DNA of 64,000 nucleotides from Puniceicoccales bacterium (lineage in GTDB: Bacteria; Verrucomicrobiota; Verrucomicrobiia; Opitutales; JAIRLM01), in the NCBI GenBank assembly GCA_031268795.1, contig JAIRWT010000001.1:890-64889 (forward strand), in the 5' to 3' direction. Of the stretch, positions 12,901 to 20,578 are shown piece by piece. Both the position numbers and the translations under genes were made by a program. The notes under the pieces are model-generated. The model was given only the letters and a program-made list of their open reading frames with translations, did not search any database and was not told where the DNA came from. The stretch's first letter is position 1, and the number at the start of each line of letters is the position of its first letter.

Positions 12901-13872
12901 GCTCGCGATAAAAATAGAAGATAATCTTTTGAAGAAATCAAAGGTTTCTTTATCCTCAGCAGCTGAACATGATAGGCATACATTCAAAAAGCCAATAAGT
13001 ACTTCCCGATCCTCCGGCGGCACATTTGCATGTTCGCCCGATATATCGTCCACTTCCGTGCCAAACATGTCTTGAATTTTTTCCTGAAGCTCACTAGGAT
13101 TTAACAAATCAGGCGCTTTGCAACCATGCGCCGCGAAAAAGCTGGAAATAATCCCTTTCGTATGGCCGATTGTTTTGCCGGTAATCGGCAGTCTGCCAAT
13201 TGCAGACGGATTTCCTGCATATATGCGAAAAAATTTCATCAATTGTAATTGAGGTGGTGTATCGACAAAGTCTGCAGATAGTAACTCCTTTGGTACGAGA
13301 ATTGGCTTTTCATTGCCTGCCGCAAGAACTCCGGGAGCAGGATGCAGCATTTGGCTCTTCAAATGGGCCGCTAAACTGCGAAGATCCGGATCGCTGGGTA
13401 CGCTTGGTGCACTAATTTGCGTATGCTCAGCAACATTGGTCGTTTTAACCGTTGGCCGCTCTCTTACTATCCTGTCGTGTATGCCTTCAAAGGCATCGGT
13501 TGCTGCTTTCGCAAAAAGTGTCAACTGTCTTATTTCTATTCTTTTGAAGAAAATACTATAAAAAAATGAAAAAATCGGATTTTGCTTCCCTCGTACGGCC
13601 GCAGCGGATGCAGCGATTTCCTGCCGTGCATTTTTTATAAGCTTTCTGCTTGCATCCTCGTACTTGGAGAGCTCACTCTTATCTACCGTTTCTAATGTGC
13701 TGGCAAAATCTTTTACCGAACTTGTCATTTTAGAAACCGCAGCGCGATAGGCGTGAATTAATTTCAATCCCGTCACGCCGCTTTCTGACACATCTCGTAA
13801 TTGTTGGACCTCTTTTTTCACAGCAAACAGTGCAGCTTCATACGATCCTGTACGTGATCCGGTAGCATCCAT
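3919..13872 (-). CDS. Giant 3,317-aa protein with a central P-loop/DEVH NTPase (helicase-like) core; function unknown
   Basis: One uninterrupted 9,954-nt ORF. Walker A QLMMGGGKTAIV (GGGKT = nt 8593-8607). Walker B/DExH-like MICDEVHANLDP (DEVH = nt 8134-8145), about 150 aa downstream. Coiled-coil-looking E/K/R/L/Q-rich region at about nt 8800-10000. Acidic AE/TE tract at about nt 6005-6075. Antisense ORFs are short and low-complexity. Confidence 0.85.
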   Translation of the reverse strand: MDATGSRTGSYEAALFAVKKEVQQLRDVSESGVTGLKLIHAYRAAVSKMTSSVKDFASTLETVDKSELSKYEDASRKLIKNARQEIAASAAAVRGKQNPIFSFFYSIFFKRIEIRQLTLFAKAATDAFEGIHDRIVRERPTVKTTNVAEHTQISAPSVPSDPDLRSLAAHLKSQMLHPAPGVLAAGNEKPILVPKELLSADFVDTPPQLQLMKFFRIYAGNPSAIGRLPITGKTIGHTKGIISSFFAAHGCKAPDLLNPSELQEKIQDMFGTEVDDISGEHANVPPEDREVLIGFLNVCLSCSAAEDKETFDFFKRLSSIFIASINAAEQPGVREELSKLAVGNVDVSSSADVDFAEIDKFFDEQESPKGSEQQYAIKNCPDMRFMQYVRNENMALFADAIIDEFSTYATNPKAMQYMRAVITKIAPEAKVTVLAKLAAFADTLANDLQADQANASKKNQLRALTELLLANDADDLPDLSDSLCSINDAIVGSWNHCANIDPNEIAMVVQIAALKERKGMHLSEGERKNIALLTANPRYGFCQKVHNTRSVQAPNAKFDPIQNCNFRCYYGSENSLIPISVIESISAIETPAEFITPDDMQTAFGGGLRLELNADNGVFLCEGALPVESKQLPPLMMQLDKITPNIALSLNRRSEFPNQQTQCIDGKVTVDLVTGKATHADAGEFMRYSFILGEGACVVGEPTALNDLKRNFVAFLDKDNVIRFYTSANFREPAFLMRDGKFYSAKNPEMELVLNGQGTQCKDLPSECLIGRNADGIPVEAVVLNRVILEKGKAPCRISFRQSGDAGKRRLELYSDGEKTDCFLMSQNILSGYAANAGDGGFIIASDKKPLELTLPGRPSALFSPRCEQVPVTITLPEKEDDDIIFGRVDSEGNASCDEQEVIRLGDLIAPNATDSKDDFFSGPYSKNRIRSLITYFRNARAARGGDPNRLYGQDDREALKGRVHTVLGWCASTIHMDIAPGARSLLNELILDMALVYPSAVAPMWRNSAGGGQYHASFKDFFTDDASTYHSQAATLFIDAYKSVQFENPESPVLNDFIEFLNIASTHYTSETTGWIHNSTVSLFRKKEQQRLNAKKAAKTTEDIRAHLPKVPKRSRRQRISPGQLRAGRIPSQQDSSRKQLGVDVRMERFSNPSDPDNPIDVASAGASALERLGITEATRPADASIAESAAEEEASTDLAGRLGAYRRGEAAAAAAHADACWDAIGKRFVGIDATNPDTFAIADAEAETLRSDLFAAEESLKSDERSISSVLDKANEIIENILLSVTPQVKLLRISGALPMPTSEKLQMLLFRCYNSTDNCFDRDAFWRAYAREFDPYITARQVDDLIDALLDQLVCKTALSACRNRLRTFEDFKAKIQLLIAPPTTESAESRLAKLTELKAKQNIISQARTISTSYCIHEKACRTAVAEQDSLARNCQAERQEIEAQLQINERTLQKNEKSIREMMSKGFIVSRGGPSESFECVESENLEKVQSGIKACEDKIAAALVSKRAAHGDTAILEDGDIMPADNMFRGALNMLGVGRITYKQVRFELAKLRESARELDAMKLASVELIKEFETLQAERAELTRIMDVSTESYHTKANEFAATIRNARSEIETYRIHFATLRTQNASLLQDLELNPDDIQEASDGELFFPAIETLSTSIGRDIEGLKSDTRGKILAVRESFGAFIKSMAAARAYDAFDRRNFSTLWFEAQTEFRLRPDQVKLISDIFEKSKRGIATQEEVQLVFQLMMGGGKTAIVLSELARLLAGAGKIPFFANHEAQHATMTKDLRKLQEVRFGQAVIEINMPLSGLATLAGANNILSQLKRAKETGACVTIPSTLLRGISLERRSAIIGLRDARIARDEPGISKDDRIGIRGKIRKLEERLNKFEEVLGFIKENCVMICDEVHANLDPTFSVNIPNGKRQTFSSVQAECNSRFFQRIDGNDEIKSAIRSGTGISEDSLSHIAMGMLDDFGIPADDANRELYRRFICCDDAPDANRAKDDAEFRVQWDLARARLAGENPELLERLCMLRGLITTERYASRKSYLGNYGFRIIEGKLVKVVPYSSANTPSSGDYAHPIELSVYTNHAYMLSHTPNFGDGTPLDIKFRDFIQKAIQKPDSPERKYLELYMETFAERAEELKNSASPQLGEKLIKDAYSKLVAIFAKGAGTSDRSSLVCALTRDDFMFYPGMLEGTGYNQMHLTKTVIADSGTPWNLDILSAGFQRPGNSMLDTSTNMQICSKWASDMKAGNSVVFNGKGDGSTVAQMLDAQAKAHGNDSQATCALIDVAGAFKHLRNREVARQTRDYCASKSNSPFKGFAFFEVDPNTGKSDWWVMPRDPNSPPIKLSNNQEGTVLKEAGITREELFVYFDQNKTTGVDFKLPQSGRGLVTADPGKTLISNFLQGVLRLRGFWDGQSADVCQVGQATDGMTELEGAEEHEAQFLQCFESVEANQDSLLNARKVGAVTAQIIEKKRILLELRQEQYYKENKWAIDHGNSPFVPSYWLRRFEALQKECADACLTDARFDPVGWYGATKNEADAYGHIVEMRKKTAASLVGCGLSRKFLRETEFIMETASHQLAGVKMVIGGAAVDVGAEVETQAEAETETEAEQQMEVSSQNDSASALKSLGDSLVDRHRRAAGHVESRSGGVFMKKLLSGFLGELTVGETFRVGKLALLLGNLMSGDDFSDCRERCCTPLSKRDSPTTGGEAEKVPGKFFDTVRKDALGFGVPPEKIINEMDALAKAVTRTLKTPKHEVEENENPEKESVLEWFQGIPTEEKIRYFGEDESAQMAWINAAIALGYSKEQITKTFGCFEKCSNAIDKLIESAKADHPDMADDEETPSDERLTSFKDLQTDPENVGRGLLEKVQSNAYGLLNGIIGLLNIYLEDGQEASSITSAAGGVFNLIGGTAQAFLSGGQDLAGLVVLLPTMLRSITEKKYVTRLDAVRKQKILKWIEKDLAKLLGNFFVPQEAQAMITVFQVACRLTLPPDASEAAKEMLAKAILESCRNPKTGMYDMKKASEFADIIVGGFADFIKTVAEFDIPGASDEYKFLVDGLASVLRIAKGPLFDPLLAAAQDVKKYLVQIGGQRADALVVCPTAIGDPEDEDESVEKKTCTPTTGSMSINEWLTEQSGQTAGFTGRSVNIFPSEFCASEQFMHAFEGKNDPSSNYSRSAQRMLVYKDSAGKMKGMLLTPSEVDDYGEMIMDGALKDARIIDTRGKPDDRFAPEDNPMADVSEGDLKRFALYMQIYNGTINVEALNADGNIRTLFLGITHDEPQRDALIGFLGSKTQDSSWVSSYIGSAAGA

Positions 13873-14014
13873 TTGAGAAGTTTACAGGATGGTCATTCTG
13901 CACGCAAGATTTTAGTCAAAGCTTCCCATTTTATCGCAATGACGCCGAACATCGCCATATCATAAAAATCGGTGGAACCATCCATCTGGCCATTGCAAAA
14001 CGACTTGAATATTA

Positions 14015-14563
14015 TCAACCAACATACCAATAACTTGCATTAATTTCAAAGGAATCAATGGAGCCTTCAAGGCCCACGTAGGAAGTTGACAGATAAATTG
14101 GAATTGTCCGCGAAAAAAGGCTAAATAAGGATGTATCGAGAACGATGTGACCGGCGGGTAATTTGAAGGACAGAAGAATTTCACCATTTGGATATGAACC
14201 CTCCTGGAAACTGAGATTGAGAGCGTAGGTATCAACGTCTCGATAAACTTGCGCCGGATTAATTTGAAAAAATGTGCCGATGGATGTGGTCCGGTCAATG
14301 GATTCATAGGCTAACAGTGGATAATTGACTAATCGCTCCACCGGTTTCGTGTCACAGTTGGCCGTATAGGCATTGGCATAGGTACCGAATCCACCAATGG
14401 AGTATGAATAGCTGATGGATAGGGATCGCAGCATCCAAAAAATGGTGGCGATCTCCTGCGGACTCATATCTGGAAGAAGCTCTTCACCGATAGCCGGTTG
14501 CGTGGGAATTGGGTGCGGCAATCCGGATGGATTGACGGCGACGAGGAAAGAATCGGCATTCAT
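14015..14563 (-). CDS. Phage tail-associated hypothetical protein (182 aa)
   Basis: Last ORF of the block. Its ATG overlaps the upstream stop (ATGA at 14560-14563). No motif recognised. Confidence 0.55.
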   Translation of the reverse strand: MNADSFLVAVNPSGLPHPIPTQPAIGEELLPDMSPQEIATIFWMLRSLSISYSYSIGGFGTYANAYTANCDTKPVERLVNYPLLAYESIDRTTSIGTFFQINPAQVYRDVDTYALNLSFQEGSYPNGEILLSFKLPAGHIVLDTSLFSLFSRTIPIYLSTSYVGLEGSIDSFEINASYWYVG

Positions 14564-16320
14564 AATTCATCCCCGCTCAACGCGTAGGGTTGAGAGGCCA
14601 GAATTAGCCGTTTTTTTAAAATTCCATTTTCGCAGACATCCTCTTCGCGCACCCGAAGGACAAGCCCGGTGAGACCGATTTGGCGTGCATCCAAAACAAT
14701 TTGGCGCGTGCCATCCATTACGTCGGCGAGGAGCAAATGGCTGTAGGTCGTTGTCCCGGTGTGCGTGTTTTCTCCGGGCGTCTCCCGCGCCTGTTCAATA
14801 TGCTCATCGGACCCTTCCCCATTTGTACGAATATACGTGGATCTCGGCGCCTCTCGCCGCCGATTAACGCGGCTGAGTTGAATTAAATCTTTCATGCCCA
14901 AATGCTTTGCCGAGCCGAAGCGCAGGCGCACGGTGCCACTGTCCAAATGCTCGATGCACTCCTGAATTTGTGCATCCATGGTTCCCCATAAAATATTTCC
15001 TCCGGTGAGATTTAGCCGCACGCCCATTGGCACGGATGCAATCTCTTCACCTAAAAGTTGCAAAGTTCCCTCAAAGGTTAGATTGCTAAAACTTTCATAA
15101 ATTGCCCGCGCTAAGCCGATTGGGCTCTCCTCCGCGTCGGTAAAGCTGGAAAGTCGTGCATAGGTCTGACTAGTAGCATCGGTGGCTTTAATTTTCACAG
15201 CCACCGTCTGCTGGGCCACGCCGGTTGCGCCATCTTCATATGCCAGTGTTGCTCGTACAACATCCGACTCAACGGCAACACTCATCCAATCGGCAACGCC
15301 GCCGCTGCGCAATTCCCGCGGTAGCGCGGAGTCTCGACCATGGGAAAGAATGGTGATGGCACTCGGATCCAATGTAGCCAGGGCAGGCAAATGCCCTTGC
15401 CACCAGGAGGCATTTCCTGGGTCAACCTCATCTGCCACAATGGATTGGGAAACATACTGACTCCTGGTGCCGGCAAGTTCCACGGTAAGTACGAGGATTT
15501 GTGGTTGCAATTCGGAAATATTCGTCGGATAGCGGTCCGTTTCAAGGGTTCTCCACGTGCGCCCGCTAACGGAATGCACCCGTTCGTATTTTATGGCAAC
15601 GCCACGCAGCATAAGGTCGTAGCGCGGTGAGATGGAAATGGAATTGAGCGAAGAATCCACCGCGTAGACAAGCGACGGCATGTCTCGGCGTCGTGCAATG
15701 TGCAAGGTTGGTGAAGTCGTTCCGTAATCAAACCAAATTATTGCATCCGGGATCCACCGCAGAATGCGTTGAATGGCCTCGGCACAGCTCAAATCCTTGC
15801 ATTCGTCAAAGGGCACCGTTTGTGGGAAATTTATTTCTCCAATGCAAATGGGAACCGCACAGATCAGGGCATAATTAAAAATGTCCATCAATTGATTGCC
15901 GATGCTAAGGACCTCCCCCTCCTCCGACTGCCCAAGAATGATGTGGCTTTTGTATACGCTGGTTATGGGCGAGTTGGGATCATTTGGGTCGGCGGCAATG
16001 GCCCACGGTTGTTGATAAATAGTTGTTTCCAAGTACCACCAAGGTCCGCTTACCTTATAGTACTTGGATTCATCGGAACCATCACCAAAGGACGGAACTT
16101 CCGTTACTACACCATGGAACCACCGCGATCCATCGCAATATACCTGAATTGGGGCGAGTGGTGCAAAAATGGGCCCATCGGTAAGCGCTTCCGGAGCAGT
16201 GTGGCGAAAAGTTAGCACATCACGCCCCTGATTAATCCGATGGCGGCGGGTATCGCCAATTCCCCACCGGGCAAATGTTTGTGTAACTCCATCATAGGTC
16301 AGTGTCCATTCCATGGTCAT
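14560..16320 (-). CDS. Phage tail hub / distal-tail-like protein (586 aa)
   Basis: Assigned by position after the fibre and by size. The N-terminus MEWTLTYDGVTQTF...RDVLTFRH and a central ...CAEAIQRILRWIPDAIIWFDY resemble gpD/hub-type tail proteins. The call is positional and weak. Confidence 0.5.
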   Translation of the reverse strand: MTMEWTLTYDGVTQTFARWGIGDTRRHRINQGRDVLTFRHTAPEALTDGPIFAPLAPIQVYCDGSRWFHGVVTEVPSFGDGSDESKYYKVSGPWWYLETTIYQQPWAIAADPNDPNSPITSVYKSHIILGQSEEGEVLSIGNQLMDIFNYALICAVPICIGEINFPQTVPFDECKDLSCAEAIQRILRWIPDAIIWFDYGTTSPTLHIARRRDMPSLVYAVDSSLNSISISPRYDLMLRGVAIKYERVHSVSGRTWRTLETDRYPTNISELQPQILVLTVELAGTRSQYVSQSIVADEVDPGNASWWQGHLPALATLDPSAITILSHGRDSALPRELRSGGVADWMSVAVESDVVRATLAYEDGATGVAQQTVAVKIKATDATSQTYARLSSFTDAEESPIGLARAIYESFSNLTFEGTLQLLGEEIASVPMGVRLNLTGGNILWGTMDAQIQECIEHLDSGTVRLRFGSAKHLGMKDLIQLSRVNRRREAPRSTYIRTNGEGSDEHIEQARETPGENTHTGTTTYSHLLLADVMDGTRQIVLDARQIGLTGLVLRVREEDVCENGILKKRLILASQPYALSGDEL

Positions 16321-16448
16321 GCCTCACTGCGCAGGGATTGAATCTGTAATTCCAATTCACCGATCTTTGTTTCCAATTCTTCTAGGCGTCGTACAAGTTC
16401 AGATAATAGTTCCGATTGCTCCATCGGGAGGGAAATGATTGCTTCCAT
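16317..16448 (-). CDS. Small coiled-coil ORF (43 aa), absent from the supplied ORF track
   Basis: Hand translation: MEAIISLPMEQSELLSELVRRLEELETKIGELELQIQSLRSEA*. Its TGA overlaps the ATG of the 586-aa ORF (ATGA at 16317-16320). It starts 9 nt after the fibre stop. Confidence 0.4.
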   Translation of the reverse strand: MEAIISLPMEQSELLSELVRRLEELETKIGELELQIQSLRSEA

Positions 16449-16457
16449 AAAATTTCC

Positions 16458-18125
16458 TTACCAGAGTGGGACGGTGAATCCGTAAAATACTCGAAAAAGA
16501 GCCGATGGGGAATCGGCGGTGGCCGTGCGTGTAAGTAGGGCGGAGTGGATGGTTGGGGATGTCACATCCGATTTAGTTGGCGTCGAAGGAAATGCCGTTG
16601 GTGTGGATTCGTTTGCCGCATAAGAGCATGCGGGCGTTGCCAAAAATTGCAGAGGAAAAATAATATCCTGAATCACAATTTGGCCTTGCAAAACCGCACC
16701 TCTGAATGTTGCAAAAATACGTTGGTATCGATCACCAAGTGCCCGTTGATCCTCCGCGAGAGTTGTCATAACAAATGGTTGTTCCGAAGCCCCCGGGCCG
16801 ATGGCCGGCCGATAAATGTAAAATCCATAATCATCGGGAATTGCAGACCCGCTAGCGTAGGGGGTGTGTATGAGGCGTAGACAGATTTGAACCATATTTT
16901 CCGGAACCTGAAAAGTAAAAGAGTAGCGCTGATAAACATCCGCGGGGATGTCGTAAATTGCATCCGCCGTATGGATTATACTGCTTTGTACCACAAAGTT
17001 ACCACCGTTATTAATCTTAGTAAAAACGATGGATTGGCTGGTTCCGGTAACGGAAAATTTGATGCCATTGGGCGCCGGGCCGGGAAATCCTACGCCAGCT
17101 TTTAGATCCAATGAAAATGTAACTTCTTTGCCTCGCAGTGGATAAGTTTCCAATGGCGTAAATGGGCGAAAGATGCGTATTTCCTGCGTGGACGTGTTAC
17201 CGACGGGCCGGGCTACATGCATGCAATTTAGGCCTAATGCATTTTCAACCATTTCAATGGTGCTAATCAGCGGATGGGAGGCATCAGCGATCTGCTGATA
17301 GCCTACCCAACCGTCGGAAAGTGGAATCATGGTGAGGTTTGCGAAAATCGCCAATGTCCCGTTGGTATTCAGACGAAATGCTCCATTACCAAGATGATTC
17401 GAAGATCCTCCACCGATGGGAATGTCGGCGATGGCTGCGTCCACATAGGTTTTCACGCTCCATTGGGTTGGAACATCAACGACGGAGTCCGATGCCATGT
17501 CTCCCTCATTGAGAACACCATAAAGCGAAGCCACTCCAAGCCGCAGATTGTCCCGCGCTACGGCAACATTCGATAGATCCAGCAGGTTTTGATTGCGTTT
17601 TACAAAGAGGGCATCGCATTGATCGCGATTATAGAAATGAGCCTCCGGTTCCGGCGGTATGTTGTCGATGCCACCGGAAGATTCGCGAATTGAAATCCTT
17701 CCTGCGCAGAGGGTTATTATCTTCGCCGTGTTATCCGCGGTTTCCGCCCAAATAACCAGCCAGGCATCCATAGCGGCTATGGACGATTCATCGGCGGTAA
17801 ACGTGACAACCGCCTGCTGTTGTGTTCCATTTTCCCAAGTTTCTTCGCTAACGCTGTCGTCGAAACTGATCGAATCCGCTTCTCCACGCATAAGAGGTAA
17901 AACAGATACATCGGGAGCCGTATCTTCCGGTCCCATTGGTTTGATGTCCAAAATGATACGCGCAATGTTATCCAATGTTTGGAGTTTTCTACGGTTGAAA
18001 ACGGCCAGTTGAAATTGTAAATCATTGCCTTTCCAAAAGATGGGCGTGCGTCCGGTGCGCACGTCCCGCGGTGCGTCAAAATTGCTAACATCGCAGGCAA
18101 TGCGGATGGTTGCGATTGTGGCCAT
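16458..18125 (-). CDS. Phage tail fibre / receptor-binding protein
   Basis: NQNLLDLSNVAVARDNLRLGVAS matches the recurrent tail-fibre motif (NLSDL..A.AR.NLGLG). The C-terminal half is beta-rich. ATG at 18125 is preferred over GTG at 18131. Confidence 0.6.
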   Translation of the reverse strand: MATIATIRIACDVSNFDAPRDVRTGRTPIFWKGNDLQFQLAVFNRRKLQTLDNIARIILDIKPMGPEDTAPDVSVLPLMRGEADSISFDDSVSEETWENGTQQQAVVTFTADESSIAAMDAWLVIWAETADNTAKIITLCAGRISIRESSGGIDNIPPEPEAHFYNRDQCDALFVKRNQNLLDLSNVAVARDNLRLGVASLYGVLNEGDMASDSVVDVPTQWSVKTYVDAAIADIPIGGGSSNHLGNGAFRLNTNGTLAIFANLTMIPLSDGWVGYQQIADASHPLISTIEMVENALGLNCMHVARPVGNTSTQEIRIFRPFTPLETYPLRGKEVTFSLDLKAGVGFPGPAPNGIKFSVTGTSQSIVFTKINNGGNFVVQSSIIHTADAIYDIPADVYQRYSFTFQVPENMVQICLRLIHTPYASGSAIPDDYGFYIYRPAIGPGASEQPFVMTTLAEDQRALGDRYQRIFATFRGAVLQGQIVIQDIIFPLQFLATPACSYAANESTPTAFPSTPTKSDVTSPTIHSALLTRTATADSPSALFRVFYGFTVPLW

Positions 18126-18127
18126 AA

Positions 18128-18538
18128 TCACTGCTCCTCCTGAGGTATAGCAATGAGCGCGCCACCAACAATTTCATAGTGATGTACAGTCGCAATGCCT
18201 TCCTGTGATCCGCGAATGCGGCGCATGGTACTATCGCCCAGGATATAGGACGGAGGCGAATCCCCCTCACCGACGATGCGGAAATTCCCAATCGCACCGG
18301 TAAGAATGGCCGCATGTGTAAGCAGAAATTCGGAACTTCGTTCCACGGATGCATGTTTCCGTCGCAGCGAAAATTGCAAATTCGTGGTTCGATTTTTGCG
18401 ATCAATGGGCTTTGCCACCGCAGCCCGCAGGGCCGTGGCAATTTGAACGATTCCTGCCGTTTCCAAAATGAGGTCAAACGGTTCCTCATCAGCGTCTTGT
18501 CCGCCAGCCAGGCAGTAGTTACCGATGAAAAATTTCAT
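18128..18538 (-). CDS. Phage neck/tail structural protein (136 aa)
   Basis: Assigned by position between the connector genes and the fibre. A 3-nt gap separates it from the upstream ORF. No motif recognised. Confidence 0.45.
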   Translation of the reverse strand: MKFFIGNYCLAGGQDADEEPFDLILETAGIVQIATALRAAVAKPIDRKNRTTNLQFSLRRKHASVERSSEFLLTHAAILTGAIGNFRIVGEGDSPPSYILGDSTMRRIRGSQEGIATVHHYEIVGGALIAIPQEEQ

Positions 18539-18541
18539 AAA

Positions 18542-19018
18542 TTATTTCTCCTTTCCACCGTTCCAGGGGAACGGCATTTCAAATTCGAAGGTGAGTAAAA
18601 TTTCCATTCGCATATCCGTGGTAAAACTTTCATTTATTTTCCACGGTTCCTTAAGTTTCGGCATCAATGCGCCGGCCGTTGGACCACACTGAATCCGCCG
18701 ACCGGTAAGCAGGGAATGAATAAATTCGGCAACGCCCAAGGCGCCGCCCGTCGCTACATCACTAAAAGCATTTTCTACCACGAGAATGCGCACATTTATA
18801 ATAGCATCGCATGGAACCGGCCAATTTTGGCGAAACTCAACTGGTATCGGCGGAAGGACAATCACGCAAAGGTTGGTTTGCTGATGCACGTTAATATCTA
18901 GTACTCCCCGCGTATCACTGTGATGATAAAGAAAGACACTCATTCCCGATAACTCCTGGCGATCGCGTAATATTCCAAAAATAACTTCCTGGAGCTCTTC
19001 TAAGTTGCTGTTAATCAT
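18542..19018 (-). CDS. Phage head-tail adaptor/completion-like protein (158 aa)
   Basis: Assigned by position downstream of the capsid/connector genes. Tightly spaced with its neighbours. Confidence 0.45.
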   Translation of the reverse strand: MINSNLEELQEVIFGILRDRQELSGMSVFLYHHSDTRGVLDINVHQQTNLCVIVLPPIPVEFRQNWPVPCDAIINVRILVVENAFSDVATGGALGVAEFIHSLLTGRRIQCGPTAGALMPKLKEPWKINESFTTDMRMEILLTFEFEMPFPWNGGKEK

Positions 19019-19033
19019 GGCCTTAACTCCATT

Positions 19034-19525
19034 TCACAAGCCGGAAAGGGCCGACGCCGTCACTTGTCGCCGTCGGACATGGAGGTGTATCATGGATGAA
19101 AAATTGCCATACTCACCAACTTCCGCCGGATGTCGGGGAGGGCTGACTCGAAAGTCCCCATTGGCGATGGCGTACAGCTGTTCCCTTGCCACATCCGCCG
19201 CCTTCCGCTGCTCCTGTGATAGTTGCAATAGCGGAATCCGGCCTTGGAGTGCTTCTAAAGCTAGCGCACAGGCGGTGGGTTGTAATTCGGCTGGGATCAA
19301 GCGCTGATCATCACTCATCCGATTTTTCCCATTGCTCCCGATGGCCTGCCGTACCCGGCGGGTCACATCGGCGATCAGCTTTGGAAGCGGATCACTTTCC
19401 CCGGCACCCAACACCACCGTTCGCAATAGGTGAATTTGCCGCGCCATCAGATAAGTTTCCAAATGCGTAGGCGTTAATTGCACCCAGTCGTTTACTTTCA
19501 TGTTCTCAAATTTATTATTTTTCAT
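19034..19525 (-). CDS. Phage head-tail connector-like protein
   Basis: First ORF after the major capsid gene. The start is ambiguous (19597, 19546 or 19525); 19525 (MKNNKF...) avoids overlapping the capsid gene. Confidence 0.45.
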   Translation of the reverse strand: MKNNKFENMKVNDWVQLTPTHLETYLMARQIHLLRTVVLGAGESDPLPKLIADVTRRVRQAIGSNGKNRMSDDQRLIPAELQPTACALALEALQGRIPLLQLSQEQRKAADVAREQLYAIANGDFRVSPPRHPAEVGEYGNFSSMIHLHVRRRQVTASALSGL

Positions 19526-19538
19526 GAAATAAATGATT

Positions 19539-20513
19539 TCATTCATTGGAGCCGGCACTGACGGAGAGCCACTTGATCCCGCTCTCCGATGTGACAATAA
19601 TGTTGCTGTAATGCTCCACGGTTATGTCGGTAAATTTGGAGTGTTCCTCCAGGTAAACGCGGAAATTGCTACCGTCGGTTGGTGTCACGAAACGCTTAAT
19701 ATTAGCCGGCTCATCCTTAATGATATCATTCTGCGTATGGAAAAGGTATACATCATTGCCAACTATTTGCGCTTTGCCGCTGGATGAATTTTGGTAGCGA
19801 GCGCTGAAAACGCGAACTTCATCCACAAAGAGTTTGCGGGCAAAATCACCCATGGAAAGCGTCGCCGCCCGCTGTGCGGCCGCCGTTGATTGCATGTCGT
19901 ATACATCAGAACGCAAATCCCACACGCTTTCACCGAAAATAATCCGATTTGGACGGATGCCGGTAATATCCGCTGCATTGGATAGTTCCGCACGAATATC
20001 CGAATCCGGATTATTGGACCCATCCGTTCCGCCCCAAACCTTTGGAATGGGCGTAGTTGATGAATTGAGCGCGGTAATAGCCCGGCGTAATTCATTACGA
20101 TAAAGCCGTCGAAGTAGTAACTGTACATAACGCTCACGCCAATCATCACCGACCACGTCCTCATGATCCACGCGAATGGTAAGCCCTTTGTTAAACGTCT
20201 TAGCCATCACGGATGTGCCAGTGAAATCCACGGTTTTAAATGCGGACCCGATGGCGCGCACATCGTCATTTTCCGATAGAAATGCTTGCGCATTATCCGC
20301 TTTTTTAAATTCAAAGCGTTTGCCCACATGAATCACCGGAGCGATAAAATTGAGCAAATCCTCAATATTCTCCGGATCTTTCCAGCCAACGGTAAAGGCC
20401 GTAAGTAGCTCCGAAAAATTAGCGCTGATAAATCTAGATTCGTTGGCCGCGCAAACCACACCTTTTTCATTGTTTTTTATGTCCGGCGGTAAAATTTCAA
20501 TTAATTCTCTCAT
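19539..20513 (-). CDS. Phage major capsid protein (lambda gpE / Mu gpT-like by position and size)
   Basis: 324 aa, directly after the protease and decoration genes. The sequence ...FTVGWKDPENIEDLLNFIAPV...KTFNKGLTIRVDHEDV... is consistent with the capsid E-like family. Confidence 0.7.
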   Translation of the reverse strand: MRELIEILPPDIKNNEKGVVCAANESRFISANFSELLTAFTVGWKDPENIEDLLNFIAPVIHVGKRFEFKKADNAQAFLSENDDVRAIGSAFKTVDFTGTSVMAKTFNKGLTIRVDHEDVVGDDWRERYVQLLLRRLYRNELRRAITALNSSTTPIPKVWGGTDGSNNPDSDIRAELSNAADITGIRPNRIIFGESVWDLRSDVYDMQSTAAAQRAATLSMGDFARKLFVDEVRVFSARYQNSSSGKAQIVGNDVYLFHTQNDIIKDEPANIKRFVTPTDGSNFRVYLEEHSKFTDITVEHYSNIIVTSESGIKWLSVSAGSNE

Positions 20514-20578
20514 AGTGTTTTAGCCTTATTTATGTTGCCCTTTGGTGGGCTAGGCGGGCATCACAGTTATCAACCTTT

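Noticed and set aside
4334-13561. Many plus-strand ORFs (60-233 aa) inside the giant gene, for example 9968-10669, 5525-6052 and 7745-8392
   Set aside because: These are shadow ORFs antisense to one continuous 9,954-nt reading frame. Their translations are low-complexity (Ser/Ala/Leu-rich) and carry no motifs.
3919-13872. Giant ORF as a LifA/Efa1 or large-clostridial-type cytotoxin (similar size, known in some intracellular bacteria)
   Set aside because: I could not see a glycosyltransferase DXD context or a Cys-His-Asp protease arrangement. The only clear signature is GGGKT/DEVH, which those toxins are not known for. The similarity is in size only.
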